Shown: positions 1-3,307 of the stretch, one piece after another
Position numbering within the stretch: the first letter of the stretch is position 1
How the letters are laid out: each line of letters starts with the position of its first letter
Source of the DNA: Naegleria gruberi
Lineage: Eukaryota
DNA length: 3,307 bases
Reading direction: 5' to 3' (one strand)
NCBI GenBank assembly: GCA_000004985.1
Contig: GG739228.1
Translations under genes and position numbers: made by a program
Notes under the pieces: generated by a model
What the model was told of the DNA's origin: nothing
Seen by the model: only the letters and a program-made list of their open reading frames with translations
Database searches by the model: none

Positions 1-18
1 AAGAATTCGAAAATGAAG

Positions 19-258
19 CAATTTAATGAGCTCACTTCGACATCCATGTATTGTGAGCTGTTTTGGAGTTTCTCTGACAACCAATGGAAAATATATGATT
101 GTAGAATATTTGGAAAATGGAAGTCTAGAAAAGGCAATTTATAATTCAAAGATGGGAAGAACAATTTTGAGATTTGAAACCAAGTTGAAAATATTAACTG
201 ATGTTGCCAAAGGATTAGTTTATTTACATTCAATCAAACCTCATAGAATTATTCATAG
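19..258 (+). CDS. Protein kinase (TKL-like Ser/Thr kinase), internal exon covering subdomains IV-VIb (LRHPCIV, MIVEYLENGSL, LKILTDVAKGLVYLH, IIH-R split codon); 5' boundary approximate, gene 5' end outside window
   Basis: The open frame translates to ..NLMSSLRHPCIVSCFGVSLTTNGKYMIVEYLENGSLEKAIYNSK..LVYLHSIKPHRIIH, matching kinase subdomains IV-VIb. An in-frame TGA at 14-16 and an AG at 17-18 imply that an intron acceptor precedes this exon. The GTATGT donor sits at 259, leaving the exon in phase 2 (ca|t ag). Confidence 0.85.
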
Positions 259-303
259 GTATGTTTACTAGTTTTATTGGAATAGATATTAATTATGGAA
301 TAG

Positions 304-433
304 AGATTTGAAACCAGGAAATTTATTACTCGATAAGAATATGAATGCAAAAGTTGGGGATTTTGGATTGAGCAAAATTGTTTCGAATAATTCTGCAACA
401 ATGACAGCAAATGTAGGAACTTTACTTTACATG
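304..433 (+). CDS. Protein kinase exon: catalytic loop and activation segment ([44 protein letters not shown])
   Basis: Intron 259-303 (45 nt, GTATGT...AATAG) joins 'ag'+'a' to give Arg of HRDLKPGN. HRDLKPGN and DFG motifs are in frame. The exon ends in phase 0 at ATG (431-433), directly followed by GTAAGT at 434. Confidence 0.85.
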
Positions 434-479
434 GTAAGTCGATAATTTCACAAATTGAATTAAAGTGTTATCAATTTAG

Positions 480-485
480 GCGCCA
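480..485 (+). CDS. 6-nt micro-exon GCGCCA encoding Ala-Pro of the kinase 'APE' motif
   Basis: The exon is flanked by acceptor TTTAG (478-479) and donor GTAAGT (486-491). Without it the conserved Y-M-A-P-E-L-L motif is lost. Reading through from 480 gives APVSNFE..* and a stop. A single intron 434-536 would delete the AP. Confidence 0.7.
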
Positions 486-536
486 GTAAGTAATTTCGAA
501 ATTCAATTCATTAAAATTTCGAATATTTTACAATAG

Positions 537-944
537 GAATTACTTTCGAATGATCACAAAGGTCAAAGTACAAAAGTGGATATTTATTCATTTGGAATTA
601 TTATGTGGGAAATTTTATTCGAAGAATCACCATTTTCAAATGAAATTGATGGTTTCACTAATGTTTTCCAAATATTGAAGAAAGTTACAAAAGGTCATCG
701 ACCACCCTTACTATTCGAAACTAGTGCTTTATTGGAGGGAGATAAAAACCAGAAAGTTGATGAATGGATTGATCATAACTTCACAAAGAAACAAATCGAA
801 ACTATTGGAAAGGAAAATATTTCTAAATTATATGAATCGTATATAGAAATTATGGAACAGTGTTGGAATCATGACGCATCTAAAAGACCTGAATTTATTG
901 AAATTACAGATCAATTAGAAACCTTGCAATCGAACTTTGCTTAA
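537..944 (+). CDS. Protein kinase terminal exon: subdomains VIII(E)-XI (ELLSNDHKGQSTKVDIYSFGIIMWEIL ... KGHRPPL ... CWNHDASKRPEFIEI) ending at TAA 942-944
   Basis: Intron 486-536 (51 nt, GTAAGT...CAATAG). The exon is in frame with the supplied ORF 576..944. DIYSFG (subdomain IX), G-RPP (X) and CW..D..RP.F.EI (XI) are present. Confidence 0.85.
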   Translation, partial: ELLSNDHKGQSTKVDIYSFGIIMWEILFEESPFSNEIDGFTNVFQILKKVTKGHRPPLLFETSALLEGDKNQKVDEWIDHNFTKKQIETIGKENISKLYESYIEIMEQCWNHDASKRPEFIEITDQLETLQSNFA

Positions 945-1001
945 TTTCCTTTATCCAATCTTTTTTAGGAATTACTAACTTTCTGGAATGTTTTCCAAGT
1001 T

Positions 1002-1007
1002 TTTATT
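1002..1007 (-). promoter_or_regulatory. AATAAA polyadenylation signal for the minus-strand vWA gene
   Basis: Plus TTTATT reads AATAAA on minus, 16 nt downstream of the TAA stop. Confidence 0.5.
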
Positions 1008-1018
1008 TCTTTCAAAGG

Positions 1019-1024
1019 TTTATT
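1019..1024 (-). promoter_or_regulatory. AATAAA hexamer overlapping the TAA stop codon of the vWA gene
   Basis: The minus strand reads gaaaTAATAAAcc. The hexamer overlaps stop codon 1023-1025. Confidence 0.4.
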
Positions 1025-1262
1025 ATTTCTTGTTGATGTCACTAAATTCATAGATTCCATTTCCATATTGTGCCATTTCTTGCATGTTAGGTGCAGAACC
1101 TGACCCAATTCCAGTAAAATGGAAGTTGGTGTCTGGATGTGCATCTCTAATAGATTTAAAGGCATCAACAGAGCTGATATCCTGAATATGACCATCACAC
1201 ATAATCAAAATATTTTCAATCTTTGGAAATTTTCTAAAAGTTTGGTTTAGGGTTTGGTGAGG
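1023..1262 (-). CDS. Second half of the same vWA domain (PHQTLNQTFRKFPKIENILIMCDGH ... HFTGIGSGSAPNMQEMAQYGNGIYEF) ending at TAA 1023-1025
   Basis: It is in the same reading frame as the 1446-2264 ORF: the two in-frame TGAs at 1443-1445 and 1263-1265 are 180 nt apart. ILIMCDG corresponds to the vWA 'llTDG' strand and GIGSGS to the 'GiG' strand. Spacing from the MIDAS Asp fits the vWA domain only if 1263-1445 is removed. Confidence 0.75.
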   Translation of the reverse strand, partial: PHQTLNQTFRKFPKIENILIMCDGHIQDISSVDAFKSIRDAHPDTNFHFTGIGSGSAPNMQEMAQYGNGIYEFSDINKK

Positions 1263-1393
1263 TCACCAAGAATGGAACATTTGCAGAGTTTGCAGTTTTT
1301 AAGGAGAAGGAATTGGTTAGAAAACCTGATTGCCTAGATTTTGATCAAGCTTCGATAATGCCTGCTATTGGAATGGCTATTGTGGAAATGTGT
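1253..1393 (+). pseudogene. Fragment of a medium-chain dehydrogenase/reductase (quinone oxidoreductase / zeta-crystallin-like) gene, antisense to and embedded in the vWA gene
   Basis: The plus-frame translation FGEVTKNGTFAEFAVFKEKELVRKPDCLDFDQASIMPAIGMAIVEM matches the MDR signature G-G-x-AEY-x-V...(K/I)P-x-x-L-x-F-x-(E/Q)-AA-x-P...TAY. Compare the human CRYZ region [37 protein letters not shown]. The open frame runs 1238-1486, but homology decays after VEM and the rest of the MDR fold is absent from the window. Confidence 0.55.
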
Positions 1394-1445
1394 CGATCAC
1401 ATGATTGGATTTTACCAATTATTGAAAGAGAGGCAGATAGAATCA
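1263..1445 (-). other. 183-nt segment interrupting the vWA ORF: non-coding on the host strand (7 stops in 61 codons), length divisible by 3, bounded by in-frame TGAs; a possible insertion, non-canonical intron or pseudogenising lesion
   Basis: Removing plus 1263-1445 joins ..GNTLL to PHQTLNQTF..ILIMCDG in frame, giving vWA-consistent spacing. There is no GT...AG at these boundaries, and no phase-compatible canonical donor/acceptor pair that keeps the GNT loop. Confidence 0.55.
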
Positions 1446-2264
1446 AAGCAAAGTATTACCCAATAATGGAACTGACCACACATTAAGAAATTGGTTTAGA
1501 GCATCCAAATCAGTAGGTTCAATTGTGTCTCTGTGTTTAAACCACTCAGTTGTAGATCCCCATAAGGCAATGGAAATTTTTAGATCTCCAGTAATAAACG
1601 CCTTGGATTGAACAAAATTATTAAAACAATCAATTAAAGTTTTGAAAGGAGATCCTTTCATTGATCCGGAAGCATCACCCAGAATAACAATCTGGCCCTC
1701 TTCAATGATAGATGATCCAGCAAGTTTTGAATTCTTACTGGTTGTCTTGAGAGAGGTATTGATTTTCAAAGCATCTGCTCTAGTGGTCACTTGAGCTGGT
1801 TCAATAATCTTTGAATTCACCTCGATACCAAAAGAAGGTATGTTGATATCCACAAAACCAGGAGGAAGAACTTGCTTGAATCTTCCATTCATATCTGTCT
1901 TGCACTCAAAGTGAGTAAAGTGAGTGTCTCTTTCGTTTTTTCTTAATTTGCAAATAGCTTGTTCATTGCTAACAGCTTCATCATGGTTTTTAAATTCAAA
2001 ACTAATATCTACCACTTTAAGATCATAGAAATCAGGGGCAACACTTCCATTACGTTCCACCTTGAACTTGAACTCTGTTAGAGGAATACTTAATTTTGCC
2101 TCACCCATTTCAATTCTTGGCTTGCAACTATAATCACCAGGATTCAACTGCTTGGTGTCAATAAAGGCAGTACAAGTTTTGACATGAGTGGTGTTTTTGA
2201 ATACCTCCAACTTGATATCTTCAGAGTATGGATTAACATAAATGGTATTTTCCTTTGGAAACAT
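1446..2264 (-). CDS. vWA-domain protein: N-terminal ~190-aa region of unassigned fold plus first half of a von Willebrand factor type A domain (MIDAS DASGSM ... GNT loop). The frame is closed by TGA at 1443-1445, which lies at the edge of the interrupting segment
   Basis: An 822-nt ORF (supplied 1443..2264). QIVILGDASGSM matches the vWA DxSGS MIDAS start, and GNT sits about 73 residues after that Asp, where the vWA GGT motif is expected. ATG at 2264 has poor context (gtccATGt), so the true start may be upstream. Confidence 0.8.
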
Positions 2265-2331
2265 GGACCTACTACTTACTTTTCAGCATCTTTGTTCTTC
2301 TTGTCAATGTCTTCTACGTTGTTCTTGACAG

Positions 2332-2616
2332 CTACAGTTGCAAAGACATCATCAAGTTGGAGATCTTTGAGCTGTTAGAACCCTCTCCACTTTTAAACTT
2401 TTCCTGCATAGCTTTAATGCTACCTCTTCTTTTTGACAATTCAGTTACTTCCTCTCTTTCCTTGGTAATTGTACTGCTTGAAGTAGAAGCAATCAAAGGA
2501 ACTTGAAGTAATGATGGCTTGACTGGAGTCCTCAAATACTTTTGATCAGTTTCATTGCTTGGCTTTTTCTCAAATTGTTGGGAAAGATTTTTAACACTGT
2601 TTGTTGTTGGTATCAT
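2332..2616 (-). CDS. Possible 5' exon (or upstream ORF) of the vWA gene: Ser/Thr/Lys/Glu-rich low-complexity 94-aa ORF starting at ATG 2616 behind an A-rich leader
   Basis: ATG has good context (aaaaaaaatcaactccaacATGa). The ORF has the same orientation and lies immediately upstream of the 2264 ORF, but in a different frame, and no strong donor/acceptor pair links them. Candidate introns of 61-124 nt exist, with weak GTAGCT/GTCTTT/GTTCTA-type donors. Confidence 0.35.
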   Translation of the reverse strand: MIPTTNSVKNLSQQFEKKPSNETDQKYLRTPVKPSLLQVPLIASTSSSTITKEREEVTELSKRRGSIKAMQEKFKSGEGSNSSKISNLMMSLQL

Positions 2617-3270
2617 GTTGGAGTTGATTTTTTTTGATTATTATTTTTCCATGACAGCAAGTCAAATGAAAGAATTTCAAATTATTATTGTAAACTGATT
2701 TTTTAGCAAATTTGCACCAACCTACCCTGTTTGATGGAAAAGAGCAACCAATCCCCAAACAGAAATAAATCAAACATGTCTGTGTTGACCTTATTTCATA
2801 TTTTTCTGGCACTAAAGGCAAGAAATAGTACTCTAGTACAGATAATATTTCTTTACAATCTTCCACTACAGTTTTCATGTCAAATCACCTGATAAATTTA
2901 TCAACCATGTTCCATTCCGACCAAATATTGTAAATTGTAATCCAACATCTCAGTTCTTGAGTGAGTAAAGGAGTTGTTCGTGAAAATTAATGATGGAAAG
3001 CAAGAGAAGGAATGCTTATATATTTCTATTGCGTATGCACCACGAATATTCTTGTTGTTATTGGGTGATATTTATTATTAATCTCCATTGAATATTATTC
3101 TTGATGATGAATTTAAAAATCCAAGGAAGGCTTCCGAACATGTTTTTTCTTGCTTGTTGCGCTTTCATTTTCCGTTAAAAATTTGCAAATAAAAAATATT
3201 TCAAAATTAAAATCACTGATGATGAAGCCATCAATTATTTCAAATAATACTTGTATCTATTATATGTAGT
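2617..3270. promoter_or_regulatory. Non-coding 5' flank / putative promoter region of the minus-strand gene, possibly a bidirectional intergenic region
   Basis: There is no sustained ORF on any frame. The A-rich leader is immediately upstream of ATG 2616. A 14-nt perfect palindrome TGATAAATTTATCA lies at 2890-2903. An AT-rich tract 3160-3270 precedes ATGATGATG at 3274. Confidence 0.35.
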
Positions 3271-3307
3271 AATAATGATGATGAAACTGGCCAAAACTCT
3301 AGAAAGC

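Noticed and set aside
3-8. GAATTC (EcoRI site) at the very start of the window, possibly indicating a cloning junction or vector boundary
   Set aside because: This is a single 6-mer, expected by chance about once per 4 kb. The adjacent sequence is continuous with the kinase exon and its acceptor context, so it is not evidence of a junction.
965-1198. 77-aa minus-strand ORF (MMVIFRISALL...)
   Set aside because: It is an alternative frame of the region whose other minus frame encodes clear vWA motifs (ILIMCDG, GIGSGS). It is low-complexity with no recognisable motif, so it is a frame shadow.
1238-1262. Extension of the MDR-like frame (KFGLGFGE) leftward into host exon 2, suggesting a longer captured fragment or dual coding
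   Set aside because: The Gly-rich match here is non-specific. The strongly diagnostic MDR residues (AEF, KPD, LDFDQ) all lie inside 1263-1445. The open frame outside the segment is most simply chance.
1263-1445. In-frame TGAs at both ends of the interrupting segment read as selenocysteine or readthrough codons
   Set aside because: The segment contains five further stops (TAA and TAG) in the same frame, so readthrough or Sec recoding cannot rescue it. No SECIS-like structure is evident.
2274-2279. Perfect GTAAGT donor 10 nt upstream of ATG 2264, suggesting a 27-nt or 66-nt intron joining an upstream DLQLDDVFATVAVKNNVEDIDKKNKDAEK frame to the main ORF
   Set aside because: On exact coordinates the GT falls at phase 2 of that frame (gaa aa|GTAAGT). 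No phase-2 acceptor exists in the main frame before stops intervene, and a 27-nt intron would be far below the 45-51 nt seen elsewhere. I treat it as a coincidental hexamer or a 5'-UTR feature.
2184-2506. Two plus-strand ORFs (64 aa and 83 aa) overlapping the start of the minus-strand gene
   Set aside because: They are antisense shadows of the minus-strand coding region, which is AT-rich with few antisense stops. They are hydrophobic and low-complexity, without motifs, splice signals or a start context.
2591-2878. 95-aa minus-strand ORF (MKTVVEDCKEIL...) spanning the upstream flank
   Set aside because: It is Cys/Phe/Ile-rich with no domain signature. It overlaps the A-rich leader and ATG 2616 of the better-supported ORF in another frame. 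It is probably a chance ORF in AT-rich DNA.

Overview
The window is eukaryotic nuclear DNA: AT-rich, with very short GT-AG spliceosomal introns of 45-51 nt and AATAAA signals. I infer it comes from a compact protist-like or early-diverging eukaryote, but cannot name the species. It holds two convergent (tail-to-tail) protein-coding genes plus an upstream flank.

(1) Plus strand, about 19-944. This is the 3' two-thirds of a protein-kinase gene, covering catalytic subdomains IV-XI (HRDLKPGN, DFG, APE, DIYSFG, CW..RP). I classify it as TKL-like. It is split by three short introns, and a 6-nt micro-exon (GCGCCA) supplies the 'AP' of the APE motif. The 5' end, including the N-lobe, lies outside the window.

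(2) Minus strand, 2264->1023 (possibly starting at 2616). This gene encodes a protein with a roughly 190-aa N-terminal region of unassigned fold, followed by a classical von Willebrand factor A (vWA/MIDAS) domain: DASGSM ... GNT ... ILIMCDG ... GIGSGS. The vWA domain is cut in the middle by a 183-nt segment (1263-1445) that is full of stop codons on the host strand. Deleting that segment restores the frame exactly. On the opposite strand the segment encodes a clear fragment of a medium-chain dehydrogenase/reductase (quinone oxidoreductase / zeta-crystallin-like; ...GTFAEFAV...KPDCLDFDQA...). There are no canonical splice sites at the segment boundaries. The host gene is therefore either a recently disrupted pseudogene or is spliced unconventionally.

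The two genes' stop codons are only 78 nt apart. The minus gene's AATAAA overlaps its own stop codon, so the two 3' UTRs must overlap. Positions 2617-3270 are an AT-rich, non-coding 5' flank that may be a bidirectional promoter. A possible new gene start, ATGATGATG at 3274, runs off the end of the window.
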